A stretch of 64,000 nucleotides of DNA from a bacterium (GCA_030430495.1 JAUIKM010000001.1:202447-266446), one strand, 5' to 3'. Counted from the stretch's first letter, positions 20,236 to 32,275 are shown. Notes: generated by a model not told the origin, from the letters alone. Numbers and translations: made by a program.

Positions 20236-20420
20236 ATGGCCGGAACGCAAAACGGCGGCGCAGATTGTTGCGTCGCCGTTTCAGCTTCGTTTCGCTGTGG
20301 AGCAAGGCCCGCCGTCGGGTGGAGATCGGCGCAAGCTGCGTCTGCACGGCTCATCCGGCACCGAAATTGCCGCGTCCGAATCACCGATCAGGCGCCCTTG
20401 GCCGGCCGGGCCGATTGACC

Positions 20421-21347
20421 TCAATTGTGGTTGAGTCCACTGTTTGCGCGCACCGCCGTCTGCAGCTGCTGAATTCCGAGTTTTTTGCCGGCAGAGGCAT
20501 TAAACTCCAGTGTTTTGATCGGATAGGGAATCGTGATGTCATGTTGACTGAATGCACTGCTTATGCGCATGATTGCTTCCGACTTGGCTTCCATCCACAA
20601 GCCGATGTTGTCATCTTTTAACCAGAAACGCGCGACGAGTTCGATTGCACTGTCGCCGTAGTCGAGGAAGAGCACTTCGATTTCGCGATCGCGGTCTCGC
20701 ATACCAATATTTTGCAGCGCCTCGTTGAGTACGCTTTGCACTTTTTCCAGGTCTTCACCGAAAGCGACGGCCAGTCCGATGTCGATGCGGCGTTGTTTGC
20801 TGGAGTCGAAATTTACGACCACATCGTTGTACAGCAGTTTATTTGGAATGATGACGTCGTGACCGTGGTAGGAGCGAATCGTTGTTGTGCGCATGTGCGT
20901 GCCGCGCACCCAGCCCTCAAATTCACCGATGCGCACGAGGTCGCCCGGTAAAATCGGCTCGCGCACGGCAATTCCGATTCCGGCTATGACGTTGACAATC
21001 GTTTCCTGAAACGCGAGACTGACGGCCAGACCGAGTATCCCCGCACCGGCAAGCAGTGAAGTCACCGTTTTGTCCAGCTCCAGAATGCCGAGCGCGGCGA
21101 ACAATCCCAGGACCATTACCGCAAAGAACGTCAGCGTTTCCAGCAGTTTTCGCAGGCTGGAATTCAGCTTGTTTAATCGGTCCAGCAATCCGTGCAGGCC
21201 CGTGCGCGAAAGGCGCGCCAGGAAATAAAAACACAGCAGCGTAACGATCGCAAATACGATGCGCGGAAAAAAGTCGGATATGTCCCCGATTAACTCAAGG
21301 CCCGAGTTGAAAGACTGTTGTACAACGTTGGACAAGTCGTTCAGCAT
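20421..21347 (-). CDS. mscS: Small-conductance mechanosensitive channel
   Basis: LLAGAGILGLAVSLAFQE, GDLVRIGEFEGWV, VIIPN, DYGDSAI, ITIPYP. Confidence 0.92.
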   Translation of the reverse strand: MLNDLSNVVQQSFNSGLELIGDISDFFPRIVFAIVTLLCFYFLARLSRTGLHGLLDRLNKLNSSLRKLLETLTFFAVMVLGLFAALGILELDKTVTSLLAGAGILGLAVSLAFQETIVNVIAGIGIAVREPILPGDLVRIGEFEGWVRGTHMRTTTIRSYHGHDVIIPNKLLYNDVVVNFDSSKQRRIDIGLAVAFGEDLEKVQSVLNEALQNIGMRDRDREIEVLFLDYGDSAIELVARFWLKDDNIGLWMEAKSEAIMRISSAFSQHDITIPYPIKTLEFNASAGKKLGIQQLQTAVRANSGLNHN

Positions 21348-21714
21348 GAAACTCCCCGACGGTAAAGCAAGGTGAACAAAAACGAATGTTGCGCCGGAAC
21401 GGCGACTGTGGGTGGATCTGCGGTCGGTGGGACAAAACAGATCGAAGTGGGGGAGTCGGACTGCGCCGCGCGGCGTGCGCCGGCGGCAGCCCTGGCGGCA
21501 TTAAGTGAAAAGTCAAACGGAATATGTTCGAGATTCGAACGCCTGATAACTCTCCTCCGACTCTGGAAAAATACAAACAGAAAGATAAACGTATCCGGCC
21601 TCGTTAATATTGTAATTCAGACATATTTGGCGTAACTTCGGTCGCCTTAACCTGACAAAATACTTGTTTAAGTCTTGCGTGGCTGCACGCCGCATCAATA
21701 GCGGAAAACGGGAT

Positions 21715-22914
21715 ATGACGGAGCTGACGCCTGCGCAGGCGCGTATGATATTTCTGGACTCGCAGACCCTGCGACTTAAACATCGCCGCTGGAAAGGACA
21801 TGCGGGCCTGGTGGAATGTGTTAAACATCTGGGCTACGTGCAGATCGACACGATCAGCGCCGTGCAACGCGCACACCACCACGTTTTCTGGACGCGCGTC
21901 GGCGCATATAAACCGGAGATGATCGACCGGGCGCAAGCCGATAAAAGACAGATCTTTGAATACTGGAGCCATGCGGCGTCATATCTGCCGATGGATGATT
22001 TCAGGTATTCCTTGCCGCGCAAGCGCCGCCTGCACGACAAGTGGCGCGCAGGCTGGTCGCGGGAGCACATGAAGGTGCAAAGTTATGTGCTCGACAGAAT
22101 CAGAGCCGAAGGCGAACTCTCGGCGCGCGAATTTGAAGCGCCGCCGGACTGGAAGTCGGGCAACTGGTTTGACTGGAAACCGGCCAAATCGGCACTGGAA
22201 AATCTGTTTCACACCGGCGATCTGATGATCAGCAAACGCGTCGGTTTCCAGAAGTATTTTGATCTGCCGGAACGCGTCGTGCCGTCGCGGATCCAAAGTG
22301 AGTTCCCGACAGAAAATGAGCAGATCCGACACCTTATACTGTCAATGCTGCGGGCCCACGGCCTGGGCTCGGCCGCGGAAATGTCGTATCTGCGCAAGGT
22401 GGCGCGAGCGACTATGAATGAAGTTCTGTGCGGCATGCGGGAAAGCGGCGACATTGCCGCGGTGTGCATCCACGGCATCGACGAGGAGTACTACACGCTG
22501 CCGGCCTTGTTGTCCAATCTGCCGGCGCGTCCGGCGCACGCGCGTCTGCGCATTCTCTCGCCATTCGACAACCTGGTGATTCAGCGCAAAAAGTTGCAGC
22601 GCCTGTTCAACTTTGACTACACGATTGAATGTTACGTTCCCGCGCCGAAGCGACAGTTCGGCTACTTTTGTTTGCCCTTGTTGTACAGGTCGAACATCAT
22701 CGGGCGGCTTGACGCCAAAGCGGCGCGGGCTGAACGCGTTCTTATTGTGAAGTCGCTGTGGCTGGAGCATCCGGAGCGCGCGGACGGACTTCTGGCTGCG
22801 AGCCTGGCCGAGGAGTTGAGAGACTTTGCGACGTTTAACGGGTGCGACGACATCAAACTTGAAGACTGCAATGATGCAAACTTGAAACAGGCGCTCCGTC
22901 GCAGTCTGAAGTGA
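21715..22914 (+). CDS. ycaQ: YcaQ/AlkZ-family (HTH_42) DNA glycosylase, crosslink repair
   Basis: LGYVQIDTI (QxD motif), FEYWSHAASYLP, ILSPFDNLV, YTIECYVPAPKRQFGYF. Confidence 0.88.
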   Translation: MTELTPAQARMIFLDSQTLRLKHRRWKGHAGLVECVKHLGYVQIDTISAVQRAHHHVFWTRVGAYKPEMIDRAQADKRQIFEYWSHAASYLPMDDFRYSLPRKRRLHDKWRAGWSREHMKVQSYVLDRIRAEGELSAREFEAPPDWKSGNWFDWKPAKSALENLFHTGDLMISKRVGFQKYFDLPERVVPSRIQSEFPTENEQIRHLILSMLRAHGLGSAAEMSYLRKVARATMNEVLCGMRESGDIAAVCIHGIDEEYYTLPALLSNLPARPAHARLRILSPFDNLVIQRKKLQRLFNFDYTIECYVPAPKRQFGYFCLPLLYRSNIIGRLDAKAARAERVLIVKSLWLEHPERADGLLAASLAEELRDFATFNGCDDIKLEDCNDANLKQALRRSLK

Positions 22915-23173
22915 TTCCGATACTATCAATCAGCGGCTCAGCTATTGTTTAAAACAGCAAATCCGACCGTCTTGCGACGGCCGGACCTGATGTCACTGTG
23001 TGTCGTGGTTGCCCTGACTGTTTCCCGTTCTACCGTATCTGCGTCTTCATCCTATCCACTGCTGTCAATCCATTCAACTTGTATTCTGTCTGGTGCGGGC
23101 AACCGCGGTTCACGGAGTCGTGAACAAATTCGTTCGTTGCATTCGATTGAACCACGCCGAACTATTTGTGTCG

Positions 23174-23584
23174 TTATTCACCGGCAATTTCAATCGTGCG
23201 CGCTTTGGCCTGGTCCGTCTTCGGCGCGGTAATATGCAGGCTGCCGTGTTTGAACCTGGCTTTGATGCCGGTCGCGTCAACCGTGCGCGGCAGGCGGAAC
23301 GTGCGTTCAAAGTCGCCGAAGATGCGTTCGTGCCGCACAAAGCGCGGTTTGTTCTCGCCGTCTTTGCTGCGCTCGCGGCGCGCTTTTACCGTCAGGACGC
23401 CTTCAACCATCTTGATCGAGATGTCGGCCGGTGCAATGCCCGGCAGGTCGAGGATCAAGGTGACGTTGTTGTCGTTTTCAACAATGTCGGTCGCGGGGCC
23501 GTAGGTGCGCGTTGCGGGTGCAGGCTGGTTGTGCGGGCGCGTTGCATAACGGCGGACCTGGGTCGGAGTGCAATTTGCATTCAT
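23174..23584 (-). CDS. Hsp20/alpha-crystallin small heat-shock protein
   Basis: DLPGI, ERIFGDFERTFRLP, ARFKHGSLHITAPK; start chosen from the RBS. Confidence 0.9.
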   Translation of the reverse strand: MNANCTPTQVRRYATRPHNQPAPATRTYGPATDIVENDNNVTLILDLPGIAPADISIKMVEGVLTVKARRERSKDGENKPRFVRHERIFGDFERTFRLPRTVDATGIKARFKHGSLHITAPKTDQAKARTIEIAGE

Positions 23585-23723
23585 GATATGTATTCCTGTT
23601 AAGATGTTGTTCAATATTTCAGTTGAGCGGCGTGGGAGCGCCCTGTAGGTGTGTCGCGGTAGCACCCCTCGCCGCAGCGAGGGGCATATCCGCATCTATG
23701 TTAAACCGGACAGATGCCGGCGA

Positions 23724-24185
23724 TTATCCTTCGGAAACGTTGATTGCGATTTCACGTGCGGCCGCGGCAGTCGGCTTCGGAATGTTAACCGTCAGAACGC
23801 CGTGTTTAAAGTCGGCTTTGATGTCTTCCGGATTGGCGCCCTCCGGCAGGGAAAAGGTGCGCAGGAACTTGCCGTAGCTGCGTTCACTGCGATGCACGCG
23901 ATCGCTGTTGTTCTCCGAATGGGAATTGCGCTCACCGCTGATCGTCAGCTTGCCGCCGTCGACCGCGAGTTTTACGTTGGACGGCTCGACGCCGGGGATG
24001 TCCGCGTGAATCTCGTAGGCGTTTTCCTGTTCGACGACGTCGATGCGCGGCCACCATGCCGCCGCAGAAGTCGAAGCAGTACCGCGATCCGAAAAGATCG
24101 GTTTGCCGAACACGCTGCTGACGAGATCGTTCACACTGGTTTCAAAGTTGCGCCAGTCGTTTGCGGGTAAAAGAGGAGTCAACAT
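23724..24185 (-). CDS. Hsp20/alpha-crystallin small heat-shock protein
   Basis: WWPRIDVVE, ADIPGV, ERSYGKFLRTFSLP, ADFKHGVLTVNIPK. Confidence 0.93.
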   Translation of the reverse strand: MLTPLLPANDWRNFETSVNDLVSSVFGKPIFSDRGTASTSAAAWWPRIDVVEQENAYEIHADIPGVEPSNVKLAVDGGKLTISGERNSHSENNSDRVHRSERSYGKFLRTFSLPEGANPEDIKADFKHGVLTVNIPKPTAAAAREIAINVSEG

Positions 24186-24278
24186 TTCAGTACCTCATTG
24201 CTGTTTGATGATTGGAGTATCACTATTGAGTCTTGATTTCGATGTTGTGTGCCGCTCATCGCGGTACGCCGACCATTG

Positions 24279-24294
24279 TACAAACGACGTGCCA
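24279..24294 (-). promoter_or_regulatory. Putative sigma-54 (-24/-12) promoter for the hsp20 pair
   Basis: Minus strand TGGCACG-TCGT-TTGTA versus consensus TGGCACG-N4-TTGCW. Confidence 0.55.
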
Positions 24295-24557
24295 AAAGTG
24301 AATTCGGCCTGATCTGTTGATTATCTCTGCCATCATGACAGCGCGACAGACAAAACTGCCAAGGCATTCTGCCACAATTGTCGGTCGCTGCGATTTTGAC
24401 AGACTGAATTTGGCGCTTGCTGTCGATGTGACAGGTAAATCCTGCGCTTCGACGAGAAAACGGTCATGTTGACAACTGATCCATTTCGAAGCCGCGAAAA
24501 TTTGTATTTTGACGGTTTTGATGTGGGCAAGAGAACAACAAACGGAAGAGGGAAGGG

Positions 24558-26438
24558 ATGGCTGTGCAGCATGGCTATACCGAAGAGAGCATCAGGTCGC
24601 TTGACCCGATGGAGCATATCCGCCTGCGCCCGGGTATGTATATCGGCAAGCTCGGGGATGGTTCTTCTGCGGATGACGGCATTTATGTGCTCATCAAGGA
24701 GGTGGTCGACAATTCGATCGATGAGCACGTTATGGGCTTCGGCAAGACGATTGAAATTGCGGTGGACGAGCGCCGCGTAACGGTGCGCGACTACGGGCGC
24801 GGCATTCCGCTGGGGAAGGTGGTGGAATGTGTGTCGCAGATTAACACCGGCGGCAAGTTCGACAGCAAGGCCTTTAAGAAATCGGTCGGACTTAACGGCG
24901 TCGGCACCAAGGCGGTTAACGCCCTGTCGGAATATTTCATGGTGCAGAGCGTACGCGACGGCAAAATGAAGGTCGCCGAGTTTGCCGGCGGCAAATTGAC
25001 TGCCAATAAACGCCTGCAGTCGACCTCCTACCGCAACGGCACCAAATTTGTCTTCGAGCCGGACCAGGAAGTGTTTAAGAACTTCCGCTTTGTGCCGGAA
25101 TTCCTCGAAAATCAGATCAAGTACTACACCTACCTGAACGCCGGTCTGACGATTGTGTTTAATGGTCAGAAGTACCATTCCAGGGAAGGATTAAAAGACC
25201 TGCTGACGCATTCGGCCGACGTCGAGGAGTTGCGTTATCCGATCATTCACATGCGCGACGAAGACATCGAATTTGCGCTGAGCCACGGCAGTCACTACGG
25301 CGAGCAATATTACTCCTTTGTTAACGGCCAGCATACCACACAGGGCGGCACTCACCTCAACGCATTCCGGGAAGCTCTTGTTAAGACCGCACGGGAGTTT
25401 TTCAAAAAAGATTTTGATGCCTCCGATGTGCGCGCTTCCGTGCTGGGAGCTGTAAGCGTGCGCATCCAGGAACCCATCTTTGAGTCGCAGACCAAGACAA
25501 AACTGGGTTCGCAGACAATGTCGCCCAACGGCGTGTCCGTGCGCGGTTTTATTGTTGATTATGTGCAGAGTAAACTCGACGATTTCCTGCACAAAAATCC
25601 GCAGACGGCGGACGCTATGTTAAAACGCATCGTGCAGTCCGAGCGCGAGCGCAAGGAAATGGCCGGAATCAAAAAACTCGCCAATCAGCGCGCTAAAAAG
25701 GCCAACCTGCACAACAAAAAACTGCGCGACTGCAAGTATCACCTGAGCGATCCCAAAGCGCCTGAAGACAAGGCGCGCGAGTCCACCTTGTTTATCACCG
25801 AGGGCGATTCCGCCAGCGGCTCGCTCACCAAGTCGCGCGACGTCGGCACACAGGCCGTCTTTTCACTGCGCGGCAAACCCCTGAATTCCTTCGGTATGAA
25901 AAAACGCGTGGTGTACGAAAACGAAGAGTTTAATCTGCTGCAACACGCGCTGGACATCGAAGACGGCCTCGACAGCCTGCGTTACAACCGCGTTGTAATC
26001 GCAACCGACGCCGACGTCGACGGCATGCACATCCGCCTGTTGATGTTGACCTTCTTCCTGCAGTTCTTTCCCGAACTGGTCCGCAAGGGACACGTTTACA
26101 TTCTGGAAACGCCGCTTTTCCGCGTGCGCAACAAAAAGGTGACGGAGTACTGTTACAATGAACAGGAAAAACAGGCGGCGCTCGGACGGCTCGGCAAAAA
26201 CGCCGAGATAACGCGATTTAAAGGTCTCGGAGAAATTTCGCCGGACGAATTCGGCGCGTTTATCGGCGAAGAAATACGTTTAAGTCCGGTAACGCTCAGA
26301 AGCGAAACTCACCTGACGCGGCTGCTTAGTTATTACATGGGCAAAAACACGCCCGTGCGCCAGGAGTTTATCGTAAAAAACCTGCGCGTGGAACAGGACC
26401 TGATCGAGACGGAGGAGGCCGAACATGTCGAAGCGTAA
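24558..26438 (+). CDS. parE: DNA topoisomerase IV subunit B (Bacteroidota type)
   Basis: [55 protein letters not shown]. Confidence 0.93.
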   Translation: MAVQHGYTEESIRSLDPMEHIRLRPGMYIGKLGDGSSADDGIYVLIKEVVDNSIDEHVMGFGKTIEIAVDERRVTVRDYGRGIPLGKVVECVSQINTGGKFDSKAFKKSVGLNGVGTKAVNALSEYFMVQSVRDGKMKVAEFAGGKLTANKRLQSTSYRNGTKFVFEPDQEVFKNFRFVPEFLENQIKYYTYLNAGLTIVFNGQKYHSREGLKDLLTHSADVEELRYPIIHMRDEDIEFALSHGSHYGEQYYSFVNGQHTTQGGTHLNAFREALVKTAREFFKKDFDASDVRASVLGAVSVRIQEPIFESQTKTKLGSQTMSPNGVSVRGFIVDYVQSKLDDFLHKNPQTADAMLKRIVQSERERKEMAGIKKLANQRAKKANLHNKKLRDCKYHLSDPKAPEDKARESTLFITEGDSASGSLTKSRDVGTQAVFSLRGKPLNSFGMKKRVVYENEEFNLLQHALDIEDGLDSLRYNRVVIATDADVDGMHIRLLMLTFFLQFFPELVRKGHVYILETPLFRVRNKKVTEYCYNEQEKQAALGRLGKNAEITRFKGLGEISPDEFGAFIGEEIRLSPVTLRSETHLTRLLSYYMGKNTPVRQEFIVKNLRVEQDLIETEEAEHVEA

Positions 26439-29124
26439 CAAAAAAGGTGAAGACACGCCGGACCTTTTTGCCGAAAATGCGGATGACCAGGCGACCGACC
26501 CGCAACCTCAATCTGAACAACAAACAAGAGGATCAGGCAAAGTGCAAGGGGAAGCAGCCGATTCACAGGATCAGGAACATAACGACGACACGGTTCAGGC
26601 GGAAGGCGACAGCGCAGAAACGACCGATGGACAGGACGAAGACGGGCAGCACAACGGCTTGAGCGGGCACGGTCTGGTTTCGGTCAGCGGTATGTACGAG
26701 AATTATTACCTCGACTACGCTTCTTATGTGATTCTGGAGCGCGCCGTTCCCGCGCTGGAAGACGGACTTAAACCGGTGCAGCGCCGCATTCTGCATTCGA
26801 TGCGCCGCATGGAAGACGGACGTTTTCACAAAGTGGCCAACGTGATTGGGCATACAATGCAGTTTCACCCACACGGCGACGCGGCCATAGGCGATGCGAT
26901 TGTTAACCTCGGTCAAAAAGAATTGTTGATCGACACGCAGGGAAACTGGGGCGATACGCGTACGGGCGACCGCGCCGCAGCGCCTCGTTATATTGAAACG
27001 CGTCTTTCCCGCTTTGCCCTGGAAGTGGTGTTTAACCCGCAGACGACGGAATGGCAGATGTCCTACGACGGGCGCAACAAAGAGCCTGTCGATCTTCCCG
27101 TTAAGTTCCCGCTCCTGCTGGCGCAGGGCGTCGAGGGAATTGCCGTTGGTCTGGCAACCAAAATCATGCCGCACAACTTTGTTGAACTGTGCGAGGCGTC
27201 GATTGCCTGGCTGAAAGGGCGCAAACCCAAGCTGCTGCCGGACTTTCCCAACGGCGGCATGATGGATGCGAGCAATTACAACGGCGGGCAAAAGGGCGGA
27301 CGCATCCGCCTGCGCGCACACATTGAAACGGTCGACAAACGCACGCTTAACATTACGAGCATCCCCTACGGCGTCACGACGCAGAACCTGATCGACTCGA
27401 TCATCAAAGCCAACGACTCCGGGAAAATCAAGATCAAAAAGGTGGAGGATCAGACGGCGCGCGATGTTAACATTCTGGTGCACCTGGCGCCGAATACATC
27501 GCCAGACGTCACGCTCGACGCGCTCTACGCCTTTACGCATTGTGAGGTGTCGATCTCGCCCAACTGCTGCGTCATCGTCGATAGTCACCCGCAGTTTATC
27601 AGTGTCAACGAGTGCCTGATGCGTTCGACCGACCAGACTGTGGACCTGCTTAAACGCGAACTGGAGATTCGTCTGGCCGAACTGGCGGAGCGTTGGCATT
27701 TCAGTTCGCTCGAAAAGATCTTCATCGAGAATCGCATCTATCGCGACATCGAAGAGTGCGAAACCTGGGAGTCGGTGATCTCCACGATCGACGCGGGTCT
27801 GGAGCCGTTTAAGGCCCGGTTGCATCGCGAGGTTACGCGCGACGACATCATCAAACTGACCGAAATCAAAATTAAACGCATCTCGCGCTACGATTCGTTC
27901 AAAGCGGATGAAGTCATTGCCGACATCGAAGATGAAATGGCCGACGTGGAGCACAATCTGGAGGAGCTGACCGAATACGCGATAGAGTACTTCCGCGCTT
28001 TGCTCAGCAAATACGGCAAGGGCCGCGAGCGCCGCACGGAAATCCGCACGTTCGACACAATTGAAGTCGCCACCGTGGCGGCCGCCAACCAGAAACTCTA
28101 CGTCAATCGCCAGGATGGATTTATCGGCTACGGCCTCAAAAAGGACGAATTTGTCGAAGAGTGCTCCGACATCGACGATATTATTGTTTTCCGGCGCGAC
28201 GGCGGATATCAGATTACCAAGGTGTCCGAAAAGGCATTTGTCGGCAAGGACATTCTGCACGTGGCCGTCTGGAAACGCAGCGACGAACGCATGGTGTACA
28301 ATGTCTTGTACCGCGACGGCGCTACCGGCAAGTCATTTGCCAAGCGTTTTAACGTTACGGCCGGCACGCGCGATCGCGAATACAATTTAACGACGGGTTC
28401 CAAGGGCTCGAAAATCCTGTACTTCACGGCCAACCCCAACAGCGAGTCGGAGATTGTGACGATTTCACTCGACGCGCGTTCGCGGGCACGTATCAAGGAA
28501 TTCGACTTCGACTTCGGCGAACTCGACATCAAGAATCGCAATGCCAAGGGCAATACCGTGACGCGCTATACGGTGCGCAAAGTGGTGCAGAAGTCGCAGG
28601 GCGCTTCAACCCTGGGCGGGCTGGACCTTTACTATGACGATGCCGTCGGCAAGTTGAACAGCGACGAACGCGGCATGTACCTGGGCAGTTTCGAGGGCGA
28701 CGATCGCATTCTGGCCGTGTACCGGGACGGCAGCTACGAGCTGACGCAGTACGAAGTCAGTAAACGCTTTGAAGCCGATAAACTCTCGCTGATCAGGAAG
28801 TTTGATCCGGCCGACGTGCTCAGCGTGATTTATCTGGACGGCGAGAGCAAAAACTACTATGTTAAACGTTTCCAGATCGATACCGTAACCGTCGACAAGC
28901 GCTTCAGCTTTGTGACGGACCACAAACAAACCAGGCTCGAATTTGTCGACGCAGCCGAAGAACCGGTTGTGACGTTCAAGTTCAGCGGCATGAAACGCGG
29001 TGAACGCGGCGAACAAACCGTCAACCTGGCGGACTTTATCGATGTGCGCGGACGCCAGACGCAGGGCAACAAACTCGGCAACTACAAAAAAATCAGCGGC
29101 CTGAAAAAGGTCCAGTCCGAGTGA
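26425..29124 (+). CDS. parC: DNA topoisomerase IV subunit A (Bacteroidota type) with acidic N-terminal extension
   Basis: [14 protein letters not shown], catalytic AAPRY, GIAVG; overlaps parE. Confidence 0.92.
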   Translation: MSKRNKKGEDTPDLFAENADDQATDPQPQSEQQTRGSGKVQGEAADSQDQEHNDDTVQAEGDSAETTDGQDEDGQHNGLSGHGLVSVSGMYENYYLDYASYVILERAVPALEDGLKPVQRRILHSMRRMEDGRFHKVANVIGHTMQFHPHGDAAIGDAIVNLGQKELLIDTQGNWGDTRTGDRAAAPRYIETRLSRFALEVVFNPQTTEWQMSYDGRNKEPVDLPVKFPLLLAQGVEGIAVGLATKIMPHNFVELCEASIAWLKGRKPKLLPDFPNGGMMDASNYNGGQKGGRIRLRAHIETVDKRTLNITSIPYGVTTQNLIDSIIKANDSGKIKIKKVEDQTARDVNILVHLAPNTSPDVTLDALYAFTHCEVSISPNCCVIVDSHPQFISVNECLMRSTDQTVDLLKRELEIRLAELAERWHFSSLEKIFIENRIYRDIEECETWESVISTIDAGLEPFKARLHREVTRDDIIKLTEIKIKRISRYDSFKADEVIADIEDEMADVEHNLEELTEYAIEYFRALLSKYGKGRERRTEIRTFDTIEVATVAAANQKLYVNRQDGFIGYGLKKDEFVEECSDIDDIIVFRRDGGYQITKVSEKAFVGKDILHVAVWKRSDERMVYNVLYRDGATGKSFAKRFNVTAGTRDREYNLTTGSKGSKILYFTANPNSESEIVTISLDARSRARIKEFDFDFGELDIKNRNAKGNTVTRYTVRKVVQKSQGASTLGGLDLYYDDAVGKLNSDERGMYLGSFEGDDRILAVYRDGSYELTQYEVSKRFEADKLSLIRKFDPADVLSVIYLDGESKNYYVKRFQIDTVTVDKRFSFVTDHKQTRLEFVDAAEEPVVTFKFSGMKRGERGEQTVNLADFIDVRGRQTQGNKLGNYKKISGLKKVQSE

Positions 29125-29164
29125 GCTGTTAACACATCGAATCGCAGATACTGAGCTGAAAAAG

Positions 29165-29199
29165 AAAACCCGACGGCGAATGATTCACCGTCGGGTTTT
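29165..29199. terminator. Bidirectional intrinsic terminator
   Basis: aaaacccgacgg...ccgtcgggtttt between convergent genes. Confidence 0.85.
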
Positions 29200-29239
29200 G
29201 TGTTTTTACAGGCCTGTTAAACAACAGACTCAGAGGCGA

Positions 29240-29974
29240 TTATTGGCCGGCGGGCGCATCGCCGATGCCGAGCAGCTCGACGTCAAACACCAGCACGGAG
29301 TTGGCCGGGATGGCGCCGTTGCCGACTTCACGCGCACCGTAACCGAGTTCCGACGGGATCGTGAAGCGATATTTGGAACCGACGCTCATGAGTTGCAGAC
29401 CTTCCGTCCAGCCTTTGATGACCTGATTCAGGCCAAAGGAGGCGGGCTGGCCGCGATCGACGGAGGAGTCGAATTTCTCGCCGTTGGTCAGCGTGCCGGT
29501 GTAGTGCACGGTGACTTTGTCGGTTGCGGTCGGTTTCGGGCCGTCGCCTTCAACAAGCACTTCGTATTGCAGGCCGGAGGGCGTCGTCGTCACGCCGGCT
29601 TTGGCGCCGTTTTCGGCCAGGTATTTTTTGTTGTCTTCCAGCGCTTTTTGGGAGGCGCGCTCGCGGGCGGCCTGCATAAAGGCCTGGCGGATCGAATTGG
29701 CTTCCTCCGGCGTCAGGCGCGCCTGGCGGCCGTTGAGCGTGTCGGTCAGACCGGCCATGAAGGCGTCCATGTCAAAGTTTTCGGCTTCGCCCATGCGGAC
29801 GATGGAGGTTCCGACGTCAAGGCCGAGCGAGTACGCGAATTTCGACGAGTCAGTTTTGATTTCCACTTTGCTGTAGTCCGTTTTTTGAGCAGCGCCGCCG
29901 GCATCCGAGCAGGCTGAAATCAGCATGAAAATTCCAATTGTGGCGACGATCGCCCACTGTGAATAATTCCTCAT
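29240..29974 (-). CDS. FKBP-type peptidyl-prolyl isomerase (FkpA/Mip-like lipoprotein)
   Basis: Lipobox ISAC, AYSLG, TPSGLQYEV, VHYTGTL, FDSS, VIKGWTEG, IPSELGYG. Confidence 0.93.
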   Translation of the reverse strand: MRNYSQWAIVATIGIFMLISACSDAGGAAQKTDYSKVEIKTDSSKFAYSLGLDVGTSIVRMGEAENFDMDAFMAGLTDTLNGRQARLTPEEANSIRQAFMQAARERASQKALEDNKKYLAENGAKAGVTTTPSGLQYEVLVEGDGPKPTATDKVTVHYTGTLTNGEKFDSSVDRGQPASFGLNQVIKGWTEGLQLMSVGSKYRFTIPSELGYGAREVGNGAIPANSVLVFDVELLGIGDAPAGQ

Positions 29975-30295
29975 AAAGTTCTGTCCTTGAGTCAGTGCAC
30001 GGGGCTGTGCGCCGCGCCTCTGGTTGGAAAATGAATCAGCGGCAATCGACATCTTTTATCAGCATCCGCCGAAATCCTGTGCGCCGGTGACTGTGTACGA
30101 TGTCGCAGTTCGGGAAGAGTCAACATGAACTTCCGGCGTCGGCGCCTCTGATGATGTATTGTCGTCGCATCCGATGAGGAAAGCAACGGAAACCACGAAA
30201 CTACGAAAAAAGCAGGTGACGCCCGCACGTGCTTTGCATCGGCCTTTGCGCTCGCCTGTGTATCTTTGTGTTTTTGCTCCGCAAATTTGAGGTTC

Positions 30296-31087
30296 ATGGT
30301 GCAGGAAAAGGATCGCGAGGGCGCACTGCCGCTCTCGGTGGCCATCATTACGTTGAACGAGGCGGCCAATCTGCCGCGCACGCTGGAGTCCATTCGGTCG
30401 CTGGCAAGCGAGATTATTGTGGTTGATTCGGGGTCACAGGACGAGACCTGCGCACTTGCCGCCTCGTACGGTGCACGGGTTGAGTTCCGCGCCTGGACGG
30501 GGCACATCGATCAAAAAAATCACGCACTTGGACTTTGTTCGCAGGAGTGGGTCCTTGCACTCGACGCCGATGAGGAGCTCACGCCGGAGTGCGCCGCCTC
30601 CATTCGTCGCGCCGTCACGGACAATCGGGGCGCTGCGTGGCGCATCAATCGCCGCACGTTTTATCTGGGGAAACTGTTGAGATATTCCTGGCAGCCGGAC
30701 CGCAAACTGCGGTTGGTACGGCGCGATACGGGCGCGCGCTGGAGCGGCTACGATCCACACGACAAATTGGTGGTGGAGAACACAACTGTCGGCGATCTTA
30801 GCGGCGATGTGATCCACTATTCCTATCGCGACCTGCAGGACCACATGGAACGCAGCGTGCGCTACGCCAAAATCAGCGCGACGAGTTACGCGCGCATGGG
30901 CCGCCGTTTTTCCTTTGCCCGCCTGCTGATCAATCCCTTGTTTGCTTTTGTGAAAAAATACTTCCTGCGTCGCGGATGTCTGGACGGCTGGCGCGGTCTG
31001 CTTGTGGCCGGCAGCGCGGCCTGGTCCGTGGCGCTCAAATACTGGTTTCTGCGGGAGCTGGAGCAGCGCGACACACTGAACGATTAA
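30296..31087 (+). CDS. Glycosyltransferase family 2 (WaaE/KdtX-like beta-1,4-glucosyltransferase)
   Basis: LSVAIITLNE, VVDSGSQD, WVLALDADE, HYSY, GCLDGWRGL. Confidence 0.9.
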   Translation: MVQEKDREGALPLSVAIITLNEAANLPRTLESIRSLASEIIVVDSGSQDETCALAASYGARVEFRAWTGHIDQKNHALGLCSQEWVLALDADEELTPECAASIRRAVTDNRGAAWRINRRTFYLGKLLRYSWQPDRKLRLVRRDTGARWSGYDPHDKLVVENTTVGDLSGDVIHYSYRDLQDHMERSVRYAKISATSYARMGRRFSFARLLINPLFAFVKKYFLRRGCLDGWRGLLVAGSAAWSVALKYWFLRELEQRDTLND

Positions 31088-31467
31088 CCGCGCGCGACTC
31101 ACTTAAACATATCTCTGTTTAACCCTGATGACTTTTTTGTTAACCATCGGGTGCGAAACGCCGATTCATTGCGGGAGAAGTCTGCGGCGCTCCGCGCCGC
31201 CTTGTCGGCGGGCTGGAAGCAGCCGAGTCTGTTTTCCAGCCGGGAAACCTGAATGCCGGTAGTCCAGTTAATCCACATAAAAACATTGAGATCCGGATTG
31301 GATCTATTGCACACCGAACTGCCGCGACGTGATTGTCCTGTGCACGTAATTCCACGAAATGATGTCCGTTTAACAGCGAAAATCAACCGTTCACACAGAT
31401 TTCCGGCTACGTTCAGTTTTTCAGCACTTGAATTGAAAGATGTTGCTTGTATACTGCAGGCGATAGA

Positions 31468-31636
31468 TCGCGCGCCGGCAGCGAGAATCCGCGACCGAAT
31501 GACTCAAAAAAATCTGCACTGATGCAGGGTGGGAGGAGTGCGTTTGAGCGTGGAGGTATCACCCGTGGCGGCGGCGGGGAGGTCCCCTGATCTAGCCGGA
31601 AGTACGCCCAAAAATGTTCAAGCTCCCGCTCAACAC
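31468..31636 (+). repeat. Dispersed intergenic element family A, copy 2
   Basis: About 90% identical over 169 bp to 52901-53069. Confidence 0.95.
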
Positions 31637-31958
31637 AAACAAACGCCCGCACAGCCACCTATACCGCCCGCTGATCGACTCTCTCAGTTTCACCGGACAA
31701 CGCGGCGTTCAAAATCTGCACCTCACCCGAACGGCCGGTCGTTCGCGATTAACTCCGCGACAAAACCTGCGAGCGTCTCGTTGGTTCCGACGTCCGGACA
31801 TACCTGAGCGATGCCGAAGCTCCGGCGCAGATGAAAAAGGCGCTACAGCGGCCGAGACACAAACGCGAATACATCAAACGCGATGACCCATTCCCTTAAT
31901 CAATTGATTTGAACGCGTCGCCGACCCGGGGCGCGGGGGATTTATGTGTTGCGTTGGA

Positions 31959-32126
31959 TTTGGGCTCGATGACTTTGGGCTCGACGGCTGGTTCCGGGAC
32001 TCGGCCGCTTCGCACCGGTCACGCACGCGGGACCTGGAGGTTTTGGGCTCGACGGCTGGTTCCGGGACTCGGCTGCTTCGCACCGGTCACGCACGCGGGA
32101 CCTGGAGGTTTTGGGCTCGACGGCTG
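31959..32126. repeat. 68-bp tandem repeat (~2.3 copies) plus a short leading copy
   Basis: tttgggctcgacggctggttccgggactcgg... starts at 31974, 32042 and 32110; tttgggctcga also at 31959. Confidence 0.92.
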
Positions 32127-32275
32127 CCCGATGACTCTGAACTTCTGACTCTGTGGCAAACAAGAAGCGGCTGTTGCATAATCAGAAAGAATGATCGGGC
32201 GTGTTTGACAATGTCAGGTGAGTTGCGTTTATTGCCGCGCAGTCCGGTTTCGGCACCAGGTGGAATCCAATTTCC

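Noticed and set aside
26563..28260. 565-aa minus-strand ORF
   Set aside because: Antisense to parC.
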